Assembly (NCBI GenBank): GCA_965153355.1
Contig: OZ231126.1
Span: 36,022,001 to 36,086,000, forward strand
From: Flaccisagitta enflata
Taxonomy: Eukaryota
Direction of reading: 5' to 3'
Length of the DNA stretch: 64,000 nt
Part shown: piece by piece, positions 1 to 10,879 of the stretch
Position numbering within the stretch: position 1 is the first letter of the stretch
Layout: every line of letters starts with the position of its first letter
The notes under the pieces: model-generated
What the model saw: the letters and a program-made list of their open reading frames with translations, nothing else
What the model was told of the DNA's origin: nothing
The model's database searches: none
Translations under genes and position numbers: made by a program

Positions 1-995
1 GGGCAGGGGCAGGTATTATCAAATGGCATGGGCTCTGAAGAAGATGAACATGTTGTTATGTGCTGTTTCTGTCCTTTATTGTGTCCTGTCTCGATTTCAT
101 GTTATCTTTTGCGTTTGCTGATCACCATTAACGCCCACTTTCCCTTTTATTTTATCCCCTCTCTTCAGTTGTTGAAATTTTTATGGAATAAACGAGACGA
201 TCGCCTTCCTATTTTCCAATCGGCCAACTTTCTTTCACCACAAGTCGTCAGTCAGATAGACGCTCATAGACAGTGCCAGTTGAAACTCGTGGGCGTAATT
301 TTATAAGGCCCCTACCCTACTACAGCCCTGATACTAATTCTGGTGAGCAGGGCAAAGCTACCACTGACCATGTGTGTTTCTTTGGTCATTTTATCCTTTT
401 ATCTACAGTGCATTTTAGTCTTTTTCGGGTGACTATGACGTCAGGTTTCTTAGTTATTTGAATTTGATCATTTGGCTTCTGGTGACTTTAATGGGGTTAA
501 ACTTCACAGTTCACGCTTTAAAAGAGGGACCATATTAATTCATCTGTGTGGGCTACATACGCTTGCTTAAAGGTAGAGGGGTAAAAGCCTAATTTGCATA
601 ATCAAATTCTTCCGAATTTTTTTTTGGAATTGGTCAGTACTTTATATTAGAAGACTATCGAGACCATTAATCGACTATCTAGCTCATTTTTTGCCCTGCT
701 TAATAGGCCCTAAAAATTGCTGAATATCGATATTTTTCTGCAAGCCTTGATATTTGTTCAATAATATTAGATATAGTGCTAAAAAGTTTTAAAATTCTTT
801 GTTAAAAACGTTTCCAACATTAATAAAACATTTTGGAAGATTAGAAGCGAAATGGTTAAAAAAATTACTTCGTTTAAACAATGACTGAGCGAAGCGACAA
901 ATGTGAGAAAATGCGACTATTCTCATTTTCCATTTGACTTCTTCTCAAGATCTTGGTCAATGGCGGTAGGCGAAAGCCACAAACCTAAAACCTTG

Positions 996-1036
<41 letters not shown>

Positions 1037-1045
1037 TTCGTCTTT

Positions 1046-1247
1046 TTATTTGCAGACTCGCAACTCTATAAGAGGCTTTGTCTGTCTGTCCGTCGGTCCG
1101 GGATCATCGAGTTGAAAATTGGGAAAACAAGCGTTTTTGATACTTTTTGTGTATGTTTGAGTGTTGGGGGTGGGTTAGGGTGTGGATGGGGGTTGGATGC
1201 CCCTGCCCACCCGTCCGCAACAATATTGTGACCCCGCGTCACTTGTT
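1046..1247 (+). mobile_element. Non-autonomous Helentron-like (HINE/DINE-1-type) element, family B, decayed
   Basis: 5' ...CGCAACTCTATAAGAGG, GTCY tract, and 3' CCCTGCCCACCCGTCCGCAAC...CTTGTT. Homologous to 2475-2639. Confidence 0.6.
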
Positions 1248-1604
1248 AGTCTTGTGCTACGCGACTCTACACCCCGCTATGTCGGTTGGTTGGTAGGTTG
1301 GTTCCCTTTTTGGGCAGCGGCCCCAAAGGGGTCGATGACCCATGCTTTCACACATATTTGGGATTTTCTCCTTCTCCATCATCTACCCCTTAGGGGCCGC
1401 TGCCCTGCTCCCCTCTCAACTTCAACCACAACCTACTTAAGCAGGGCACGGGTACCGCTGACAATCTAACACTGGAACTATTACTTTTTTGGTGTTTTTG
1501 AGCTTTTTAAGCGTACGGCTCCTGCCCAGATGCCCTAGTGACTTTCTCCAGCACTGCTCCTGCCCACCTGCTCGCGACTAGGGTTGCCCTGTATCCAACC
1601 TTGT
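1244..1604 (+). mobile_element. HINE family A copy with nested family C element (~1306-1470)
   Basis: Starts ...CGCGACTCTACACCCCGCT and ends CGCGACTAGGGTTGCCCTGTATCCAACCTTGTT. It is interrupted by TTTTTGGGCAGCGGCCCC...GGGGCCGCTGCCC...GCAGGGCACGGGTACCGCTGAC. Confidence 0.6.
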
Positions 1605-1624
1605 TCTCTTTCTTGCTTTTATTG

Positions 1625-1948
1625 TGGGACCGATTACCTATGCTTTAACACATGAGGACATTTCTCCTTCTCTTCCTTCTATGTACCCTATCCCCCCCTC
1701 ACCCAGCCTCAAGATCCAAACCCAAGCCTCAAGGCCCATACCCTAGCCTTTACAGGCTTAAGTACAGCCTGAAGGCCAAATTCTCTGCCTCAAGGCCCAA
1801 ATCTAAGGATGAGGAGGAGAAAAAGGAGAAGTTATATCACGTGTGAAAGTATGGATAATTTGCCCCTTTTGGGCCGCTGCCCTGCTCCTTCCCTCAATTT
1901 AGGCAGGATATGGGTATCGCTGACAATCTACTGCTTTGGCGACTATTT
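1625..1948 (+). mobile_element. Family C interspersed element (HINE-like), 5'-truncated
   Basis: Homologous to 34576-35005. It has the CCTATGCTTT.ACACAT arm, central AGCCTCAAGGCCCAAAT repeats, the inverted arm, and the 3' GGTATCGCTGAC...GCGACTATT end. Confidence 0.55.
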
Positions 1949-2067
1949 TCTTTCTTGCTTTCTTGATCTTGATCTTTTCTTTCTTTTCTTCTCTTTCCAT
2001 TTTTTCCCTTCTTTTCTTTTCTTCCTTAATCTTTTTCTTCCTTTGTTTTCTTTTCTCATTCTTTTTG

Positions 2068-2357
2068 ATTTTAGATGCGTCCATCAGGAACGTATCTCTA
2101 TAAGAGGATCTGTTTGACAGTTCCTCCATCTGTCTGTTGGTCCGTATGTCCGTTACGCTTCCTTAAAAATCGTTTTTGGCACTTTTCTTCCGCGGCATAG
2201 TCACGTGTCACATTAAACATTCTTTAGTATGCTTAAGGATCATTTTATCTGTCTGTCCGCCCTTCTCTCTGTCCTTCCATAAATCTGACATTTCTATCGC
2301 CAAAGTCATTTCACGCAAGGACACAGTCAGGACGCGTCTACGCCCGGTCGGGTTCCT
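2068..2357 (+). mobile_element. HINE-like element, family D
   Basis: 5' TTTTAGATGCGTCC...TCTCTATAAGAGG, GTCY tract, inverted 3' subterminal GGACGCGTCTA, and a small hairpin CCCGGTCGGG followed by TT. Confidence 0.55.
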
Positions 2358-2474
2358 TTACATCTTTTTCTTTTTTGTTTTCTTTTTTTTTTTTTTTTTG
2401 TCTCGCTTTTTCTCTCCTCCACTTTTTGGGCAACACTATCTCTAGGACACAGGGGCAAAATTCTACCTGTAGAT

Positions 2475-2639
2475 CTTTTTAGTTGCGGACACGCAACTCT
2501 ATAAGAGGATTTGTCCGTCCGTCCGTCCGTCCGTCCGTCCGTCGGTCGGTCTGTAACGATTGAGTCAAAAAGTGGGAAAACGCGCATTTCCGCCCCTGCC
2601 CACCAGTCCGCAACTGGTGGCCGTGTATCCGGCCTTGTT
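2475..2639 (+). mobile_element. Intact short HINE, family B
   Basis: 5' TTTTTAGTTGCGGACACGCAACT hairpin, (GTCC)n, inverted subterminal TCCGCAACT, and 3' stem-loop GGCCGTGTATCCGGCC followed by TTGTT. Confidence 0.75.
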
Positions 2640-2815
2640 CCTATTCCATCCATACATCCCTTTGTCATTTACCCCAGGCCAGAAAGCCTCATATCAATTC
2701 ATTTCTATGATACATGAACTCAGCTTTCTAAGAACTGAAATCTGCCCCCTCCCTTTCTTCACATGCCCCTGCCCCTGCCTAAGGCCCCGCGCAATGATGA
2801 TCATTGTTAGCAATT

Positions 2816-2963
2816 AACAAGGCCGGATACTGTGCAGCACCATCACGAATGGTTGGGCAGTAATGTAAAAATCGTTTGTAATGTAATGTTATGGAAGGAC
2901 GGACAGCAGACGGACGGACTGACGGACCAACACAGCAGTGTAGAGTCGCATGTCCGCAACTGA
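2816..2963 (-). mobile_element. HINE copy, reverse orientation
   Basis: AACAAGGCCGGATAC...(GGAC)n...TGTAGAGTCGCATGTCCGCAACT is the reverse complement of the HINE architecture. Confidence 0.6.
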
Positions 2964-4642
2964 AGCCTTGGGATGTGACATGTTCTTTGCAAGTGTCTAA
3001 TGATACGATCTAACGCTACTGCGCTGCACATGTTCTTTCAAATCATCATTCTAACTGCTCTGCCACCTCCCACTTAATGACCCGCCGGGTTGCCGCGGGT
3101 TACATTCAAAAAGATCTGAAAACAGATTTGAAAACCTCACGTCACGGTGCATAAGGCTGACCGCGGGCAAATCCCCGCCTCTCAAAAACTTAGGCGCAAC
3201 AGTCCTTAGAAAACTTTGTTTTTTTGTGGTGTAATGATACTGATATTTTTACCCAAAAAAAATATACAATATTGTTCTACTGGCAATAATTGATCATTTT
3301 ACAGCCATAAAAGGCATTGTTTACACTTTTTTTGGTCGGAATTAAAAATAAACAAACAAAGCATCCATCCTTTCTGCACAACTGGAGTCTTTTTTTCCCC
3401 TTGCGTTTACCGCTTGTTAGATGTATTTAAAAAAGCACTTTTTTATACAAGTTTAACATGATCCAAACCGTCCTAATGTCAGCTATATTGCTATCTAATC
3501 ATAAAAAATAAAATTCTACATCATTTGAGCCTAAGATGGCCGAAAACGATCATGGTCAACCCATTAAAACAGACCACTGAAATCGTTCCGGTTTGACATG
3601 TTTCAGACTCTATTAAAGGCGTAGTTTCTTATCAATGTCGCCCACGGGCGATTTAATGAATTTGGGTGACAAAATTGTTTGCCCTTGAATGCTTAATGCA
3701 AGCAGTTATATTTTGGGTTAGAATCAGAGAGAACGTCTTTGAGATTCTTGTTTGATAGAAAACTGGGAGGGATGTTTGTACTAAGTAGTACTTAGTAAGT
3801 AGTCAGTGAGGTTCACAAGGTCCTCCTCCATATACTTATGTTGTAGTTTGGGTACAGTAGGGAATACTGATCTACTTGTCATACGATTGAGGGCATGAGA
3901 GAGTGAGATTTGATCAGGTCTTCCTGAATAGAAACAAAGATCAAAGTGCATTAACACACTAAGTGTTATCTCCTATAAAAAGGATTTTCCACATCTGCAT
4001 CAAAGTAGTTGTCAGCTCAAGTTCAGTTTGCACATTTGTCTCGCAAGTAAACGACGAAATTTGACTGGAATTGAGTTTTCTTATGACATCATGAACCATA
4101 TCTTGACACTCTTGTTCCATCACTTTTTTGCAACATTTTTTCCATAAGAGCATCCATTTTTGACCAAAAATCTGTTTTGTTATGTGCTATGTGAGCCCAT
4201 TCATACTATTTTTAAAATTCAGTCTTCAAATTGCATGCTTTGTACAGTAAAATGATCTTAAATTGGCAAAATTTTCAAGCAAAATCTTTGAAAAGAGTAA
4301 GAATTATTTTAAAGAGGTATCTTTACTGTATTTTTACCGACACAGTTTGTATAATATGGTCAATTTTTTTTTGAGAGGCTGTTCATATCTATCTGACACT
4401 AATATAAAACTTTTTTGCCATATGATTTTTAGCATTTTGATGTCTTTGTCAAGTACATTTTAAAAAATGTCAGCTGACAATTGAATTTCAAAAAATAGGA
4501 TATCTTATTTTGAAAAATTCATTTGGGGTACTTCTCATTGGAGTAAAGTCATGAAATTTAAATGGTAGTCAAAGGAAGCATTTAACCTTAAGCATTTCAA
4601 ATTTTGTAACAATCGGTGGATTTAAAGTATCAATTTTGTGAG

Positions 4643-6174
4643 TTTTTAGTCGCGTGCACGCGACTCTACAACCCGCTCCGTCGGTCGGTCCGTCCGTCGG
4701 TCCGTCCGTCGGTCCGTCGGTAACACTTAGCTTTTTTGCGTCGTTTATGGTCATTTTGGGTTGTCTGGAGTCATTTTGAGTCATTTTTTGTTGCTTTAGG
4801 TCATTTTTGATTGTTTTTAATAATTTTTGGTCATTTTTGATCATTTTTGATCATTTTTGATCATATATGTCATTTTGCTCATTTACGTCATTTGTGTCAT
4901 TTTTGGGTGTTTAAAGTATTTTTAAGTCATTCCAAGCCATTTTGGGACATTTCCTGTCATTTTTGGTCATTTGACATCATTTTTGGTATGTCATTTATGT
5001 CATTATGTTCATTTTTTATCATTTAACTCATTTTTGTCCTTTTTTCTTATTTCTTGTCTTAATAGGTCTTCTTTAGATATTATGGGTCACTTTGGGTCAT
5101 TGTAGGTCATTTTGGGTCATCTTGAGTTGTCATGGGTCCGGGCTGGGGACTCCATCTTTTGTCATTTTTTGGTCTGCTAGAAGTCTGCTTTAAGTCTGGT
5201 TTGAGTCTGGTTTAAGTCTTGGTTTGAGTCTGGTTTAAGTTTGGTTTAAGTCTGGTTTAAGTCTGGTTTAAGTCTGGTTTAAGTCTGGTTTAAGTCTGGT
5301 GTGAGCCTGGTGTAAGCCTGCTGTAAGTCTGGTGTAAGTCTGGTTTAAGTCTGATTTAAGTCTGATTTAGGTTGGGATGAGGTCTGGATTAAGTCTGGTG
5401 TAAGTATGGTGTAAGTGTGGTGTAAGTGTGGTGTAAGTGTGGTGTAAGTGTGGTGTAAGTCTGGTGTAAGTCTGGTTTAAGTCTGGTTTAAGTCTGGTTT
5501 AAGTCTGGTTTAAGTCTGGTTTGAGTCTGGTTTGAGTCTGGTTTGAGTCTGGTTTGAGTCTGGTTTGAATCTGGATTGAGTCCGGATTGAGTCTGGTTTG
5601 AATCTGGTTTGAGTCTGGTTTGAGTCTGGTTTGAGTCTGGCTTGAGTCTGGTTTAAATCTGGTTTGAGTCTGGTTTAAGACTGGTTTATGTCTGGTTTAT
5701 GTCTGATTGATGTCTGGTTTGGGTCTGGTTTAGGTCTGGTTTAGGTCTGGTTTATGTCTGATTCATGTCTGGTTAAGGTCTGGTTTATGTCTGGTTTAGG
5801 TCTGGTTTAGGTCTGGTTTAGGTCTGGTTTAGGTCTGGTTTAGGTCTGGTTTAATTCTGGTTTAATTCTGGTTTGAGTCTGGTTTGAGTCTGGTTTGAGT
5901 CTGGTTTGAGTCTGGTTTGAGCCTGGATTGAGTCTGGATTGAGTCTGGTTTGAGTATGGATTCAGTCTGGTTTGAGTCTGGTTTGAGTCTGGTTTGAGTC
6001 TGGTTTGAGTCTGGTTTGAGTCTGGTTTGAGTCTGGTTTGGGTCTGGTTTGAGTCTGGTTTGGGTCTGGTTTGGGCCAGGTTTAAGTCTGATTTTTGATA
6101 AAAAGATACAATAAGGAGTCACGTCAGTTCAATTATTTTTGTCCTGCACGCGACTTATAGGTGTTGGCCTTGTT
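4643..6174 (+). mobile_element. HINE family A carrying expanded internal tandem repeats
   Basis: Perfect palindrome AGTCGCGTGCACGCGACT at the 5' end, then a GTCY tract, ~10-bp GTCATTTT repeats and the 11-bp satellite. The 3' end GCACGCGACTTATAGGTGTTGGCCTTGTT is identical to that of 7330-7746. Confidence 0.8.
5181..6094. repeat. 11-bp minisatellite (GAGTCTGGTTT)n, about 83 units, in variant blocks
   Basis: Read directly. Blocks of AAGTCTGGTTT, AAGTGTGGTGT, GAGTCTGGTTT, AGGTCTGGTTT and ATGTCTGGTTT. Confidence 0.95.
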
Positions 6175-6841
6175 CTATTCCAAATTGCAAAATTTGAAGT
6201 TTTTGAAAAAAACATTTTTCATCCCCTAAATAACAAATCTTGAACATAGATGAATATTTTGCATTTTTAAAAACATCAGACCCGAGATGATGTAATTTAC
6301 TAGGGTCTGATGTTTTTGGTTTTTCCAATTTTTCAATTTCTATGCAAATTTGTTATTTAGGGTGCACCTATGTCAGATTCAACAGAAACATGAAAAAAAG
6401 GATGTTTTTTGTTTAAAGTTTTGAATGGGGCACTTCCTGGTGAAGAAAAGTCATGAAATTTTTATAGTAGTTAAATGAAGCACCAAACCACATGCATGTC
6501 AATTTTCATTACTATAAGACAATTTTTGATATCTGTTTATGAATTTTTAAATATTTATTTGTGAAATTTATGAAATTAGTCATTTTTAAAAGAAAAATCA
6601 CTATTTTTTTTTTCTGATGATATTTTGCATCAATTTTCTCTGTTAACTTCCCAAAGTGACATATATTATCAGGTGAATTATTTGTTTTTGGTAAAAAACA
6701 TGGTGATTTTTTTGCTCTTGGCGAAACTGAAGTGTCACAATAATTTTCATTGTGTCTTATCCAAATCGCCGCATGAGCATTAGTCATCATATCTGTGCCT
6801 GGAGTTCAAATTAGACACCTATTGTGAATAAGCATACAAAA

Positions 6842-7007
6842 ATGTTTTCTTTGCTTTGTGCAATAGTCTGTATATTTGGCCTGTTCTTCGCGCCAACACA
6901 AGCATCTTCGTCGAAAGGTTGTCAGAGGCTAAATTTTGTAGCAGATTTTTTCCCGAAAGTGCCTCTACAAATTGCGACAATTCATACTCTCCCGCCAAAT
7001 ATCACAG
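6842..7007 (+). CDS. Predicted exon 1 (signal peptide) of SMB-domain class-B-like GPCR
   Basis: ATG at 6842 gives MFSLLCAIVCIFGLFFAPTQA-SS, a hydrophobic core with a small-residue cleavage site. It also has an N-glycosylation sequon (NIT). The donor CAG|GTAAAT at 7007/7008 is phase 1, matching exon 2. Confidence 0.72.
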
Positions 7008-7329
7008 GTAAATCAAGTACCAGAAGCTACACAAAATAAGAGGTTTAGAAAAAGAAATCTTAAAATGGGAGTCGTTGATGGCCTCTTTGATTCTTCTTAT
7101 CAGTTAAGTAGGCCAGATACTCAGCTACCCCAGTCCCGCACGGTTGGGCAGGGGCAGTGGTAATGAAGGCCGAGAGTGCATTTGGGCAGAGGAAGATGGG
7201 TCAAGACGCATCTGGCTACATGAAGACCGACGGACCAATCGACTTGCTAAGGGACGGACAGACCAACTTAACCAGTCATAGCAAGATTTACTTTATAAAT
7301 GCCGCATGCCGAAGCTTATCATTCTTCGC

Positions 7330-7746
7330 TTTTTAGTCGCGTGCACGCGACTCTACAACCCGCTTTGTCGGTCCGTCCGTCCGTCCGTCCGTCGGTCCGT
7401 CGGTCCGTCCGTCCGTCCGTCCGTCCGTCCGTCCGTCCGTCCGTCCGTCCGTCCGTCCGTCACACTTTACTTTTTTGTACTATAACGTCAACTCTTAGGT
7501 CATTTTAAGTTGTTTTAAGTCATTTATAGTTATTCTAAGTCATTTTGAGTCATTCTAAGTCATTTTAAGTCATTTTAAGTCAATTTAAGTTATATTAAGT
7601 CATTTTTGGTCATTAGGGTTTTTAGTCGTTTTATGTCAATTTTGGTCATTTTAGGTCATTCTAAGTTATTGAAAGTCATTCTAAGTCATTCTAAGTCATT
7701 CTTTGTCTGTAAGTCTCGCACGCGACTTATAGGTGTTGGCCTTGTT
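7330..7746 (+). mobile_element. HINE family A in GPCR intron 1
   Basis: TTTTTAGTCGCGTGCACGCGACTCTACAACCCGCT, long (GTCC)n, (AAGTCATTYT)n, and 3' GCACGCGACTTATAGGTGTTGGCCTTGTT. Confidence 0.8.
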
Positions 7747-7768
7747 GATTCCTTTGCTGCTTACGCAG

Positions 7769-7918
7769 CAACTTTGCGAAGAGTTTCACATGGGAATGAA
7801 ACCAATCGTCATGAGGTCCGTAGCTCTGAACCAATCATGATAGAAGCGGAATCCAGCAATTATGTTGAACTGGAATTCGATGATAAAATTGTATTTGAAG
7901 TGCTACAAGTTTGGACTG
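7769..7918 (+). CDS. Predicted exon 2 of SMB-domain class-B-like GPCR
   Basis: Acceptor TTTGCTGCTTACGCAG| at 7768 is phase 1 (G+CA=Ala). The 150-nt frame is open (TLRRVSHGNETNRHEV...NYVELEFDDKIVFEVLQVWT). A perfect donor G|GTAAGT follows at 7919, also phase 1. Confidence 0.75.
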
Positions 7919-8120
7919 GTAAGTATTTGAATGCATCTAGACTCTCCAAGTCACAATTTCGTCTTTTTTTTTTGTCTTTTTTTACTATGGAATAAATATA
8001 TGAATTAGCGCATAGTGTGTAAATTTGATACTAAAATGGCTCTCGGTATGCGCATCCGAACATGACTCATGATAAAACGTTTCATTGACTTGTTTGGTTA
8101 CATTCATTCTCAATTGATAG

Positions 8121-10303
8121 AATATCGGTCCGCTGAGTTGTTTACTGGAACCATCACTATTCAAGGATCTGATTTGACTTGTTGGCAAATGACAGATTCA
8201 TCGTCGATGCACATACAATTAGTTTATACAAATAAAGTTCAATACAGAGAATATCCTGTTGATATATGGACCCGGTGTCGATGCCTTCGATTCTCACTAG
8301 AAAAAATTCATCAAGAACAACATCAACCATCTACCCAAATGTTTTTACGTTTGGTATTACCATACGAATGCCCTCGATACACAATGTCCCGTAAATTCAT
8401 AAACAAGTGGATTAATGACGGTGAGGGAATGATCAAGTATTGTCAGGAGTATTCACTCGGGAAAGACGTGCTGGATATACACAAGGGAGAGTGCAAAAGC
8501 CGAAGAATCAATCAAAGATATCATGCAGGGGAACAAATACCCAACTGCCAGTGCGACTTGATGTGTATCACATTTCAGGATTGTTGCGACGATGCCATAC
8601 TTGGTCCACAGTTGGACTCACTCGGCATAGGTTTTAACACTTCATTTGCATTGGAGTTGTTCGAAGCCGTTCAATGTATCTCCAACGAATACTCCCATAA
8701 AGATAAAAGACACAATCTCGGATTCTATATGGTAGCTGATTGTCCATCGAAATCATCATTTAGTTCTCTGCGACGCCATTGCCGTGTTGAAATTGACCCA
8801 AAGAATCAGCTGGTTTCCCATTACATTCCAGTGAATATAAATTGGATGGTTTACAGGAACATTTTTTGCCCGCTTTGCTTTGGAGAAAACGTGTCCATCG
8901 CCCATCACTGGCCCTTGGATGTAGGCAGAGTGGAGAAACACAAATTTCAGGATTGTCTTAAACTGAAAGAAATCCTGCAGAGAAACGTCCAAGTTCGTTT
9001 ATCTGTACTAAAAACCGTTTGCAGTTCCGTTGGATTCGCTGTTCCCTCAACTCGCTTTTGGGATGGCCCAGATAGGCTGGGTAAATTGTGCCTTGCTCCC
9101 GGTGGTAGCACTGAGAGTGGTGGCCTACAACGACCACTTAGTTGGCCAGAGACTTCTCTTTCACTTCCCAAAGCCGACCTCGTTTGTCTCGAAACCATCG
9201 AAGCAATGATACAGAACCGACGGACTCGCAATGAAATGGAAACCCAACGAATACTTTTCCTCAAGACGGCCGATGGATTTTCCATCCTCCCATCAAAAAA
9301 AGAAAACATGATTGAGTTATGCCAAAAATGTGACGAAAATTTCTTGTCGCTGATCGCGATCCACCCCACATCCTTAAAGTCTTTCTTTGGGTATGGTAAC
9401 ATTGGGACTGATGGGAAGATAACCATATTTTTCGAGAGTGTTGATGTTTCCAATTGCGAGTCTTTGGGCAATTGTGCCCAAACTTCGTATTCGTTGATTC
9501 CTTCCATCATTCACGTCATTGTCTCGCAGACAGGAGCCGGAACTTCTGTCTTGATACTCTGTATCTATCTCTACGCGATGATGTTCCGTCAGGATCAACC
9601 AACATCGTCGTCAAAAAGATTTCTAATATGTTTCGTTTTGTCCAAGATTCTTTTCTTCTTGACCTTTTTCCTAAGTTACTGGCTGCGACAATGGGAGATG
9701 GCTTGCAAAATGGTATCGGCCTTTTTACACGGTTCGCTTTTGCTTTCTCTGTTTTACTCTTTTCTGTTTGGAATGAGGATCTCCATAATGATGTGGCGGT
9801 TAAAGAACCAATTGGCGTCTTTATCATATGCAAACAAGGATGACAAACTGACGTGGAGGGAACTGGTGGGTACTATCGTTGCTTTTTCGGTGTGTATGCT
9901 CGGGTGTGGCGCCTTGGTCGCTTATGAATCTATTTCCGGCACGGCTTACTTTGGGTTTGGCATCAATCAAGTATGTGTCGCCACAACTGAAAAGGGTTCC
10001 TTAATTCTCGTTATTGTACCGATGATCGTTACCCTCGTCATAAATGTCATCAACACTGTCTACAGCGGATTCATTTTCTATCTGCTGATGGAGTCAAATG
10101 TGGCTTCCAAAGGCGGTACCACCAAAAGATTTATCACTTTCTTGGGTCGAATGATCAGTTTTCAAAGCCTTCAATGGTCCCTGGGATTAATCTTTTTTGT
10201 CACTCAAAATGAAGTGGTAGTATTTATTTTTCAAGTGTTCTTGTCATTTGAAGGAGTTATCATATCGGGCTCCTTTCTCTGGGATGAAGTCAAATGTAAA
10301 TGA
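8121..10303 (+). CDS. Terminal exon of somatomedin-B-domain class-B (secretin/adhesion-like, 7tm_2-type) GPCR
   Basis: Long ORF 8069-10303 with acceptor TTCATTCTCAATTGATAG| at 8120 (phase 1). It contains the SMB motif CQCDLMCITFQDCCDD and the Cys motif FYMVADCP...IPV...VYRNIFCPLC. Seven hydrophobic segments carry class-B marks: Cys/His at the TM3 start (CKMVSAFLH), an ECL2 Cys, TM5 P..N, TM6 W and TM7 FEG (QG-like). Confidence 0.9.
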
Positions 10304-10350
10304 TGTCATACATTTGGTTCTAATGGGTAATTTTCATAAATGGTCACGGG

Positions 10351-10532
10351 TTTTTAGTCGCGTGCTACGCGACTCTACACCCCGCTTTGTCGGTAAGTCT
10401 GTCTGTTGGTCGGTCACACTATACTGATTTTTATTTTCTGAGCATACGGCTCCTGCCCAAATGGTCTAGCAACCTCGAATATAGCCCTGCCCACCCGCAC
10501 GTGACTGGGGTAGCCGTGTTTCCAGCCTTGTT
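10351..10532 (+). mobile_element. HINE family A, about 50 bp downstream of the GPCR stop
   Basis: TTTTTAGTCGCGTGCTACGCGACTCTACACCCCGCT ... GCACGTGACTGGGGTAGCCGTGTTTCCAGCCTTGTT. Confidence 0.7.
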
Positions 10533-10677
10533 ATTTTTTCAAATCGGATATGTCCCATTTTCATGAAATCTCCAAGACCTTTAGATTTTACCAATAATTG
10601 GCTCAAGAACCTCAACTGAGGCAAGATGCAAGTTGGTATCATTTAAATGGTGAGGGGCCAAAATAGCTCTAACAAGC

Positions 10678-10879
10678 AAAAAAAAAAAAAAAAACAAACA
10701 AACAAAGAATTGAAAAACAAAGAACGAAAAACAAAGAACGAAAAAAAAAAACAAAAAAAACAACAAAAAACAAAAACAAAAAAAAAAAAACAAAAAACAA
10801 AAAACAAAAAAAAAACAAAAACAAAAAACAAAAAACAAAAAACAAAAAACAAAAAACAAAAAACAAAAAACAAAAATAA
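10678..10879. repeat. A-rich repeat with (ACAAAAA)n periodicity
   Basis: Read directly. Confidence 0.9.

Noticed and set aside
3070..4200. Possible DNA-transposon ends and coding remnant (3959-4153)
   Set aside because: I found no matching TIR or TSD, and the peptide is unrecognisable.
5862..6122. Repetitive protein (TQTRLKPDSNQ)n
   Set aside because: It is the translation of the 11-bp satellite inside a HINE.
8069..8120. ATG at 8069 as the GPCR start; intronless or retrogene interpretation with the A-rich tract at 10678-10879 as a poly(A) tail
   Set aside because: There is no signal peptide from this ATG. A phase-compatible acceptor at 8120 and two upstream exons explain the gene better. 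The A-rich tract is a 7-bp periodic repeat without a TSD.
8440..9843. Overlapping alternative-frame and antisense ORFs inside the GPCR exon
   Set aside because: Shadow ORFs with no recognisable motifs.
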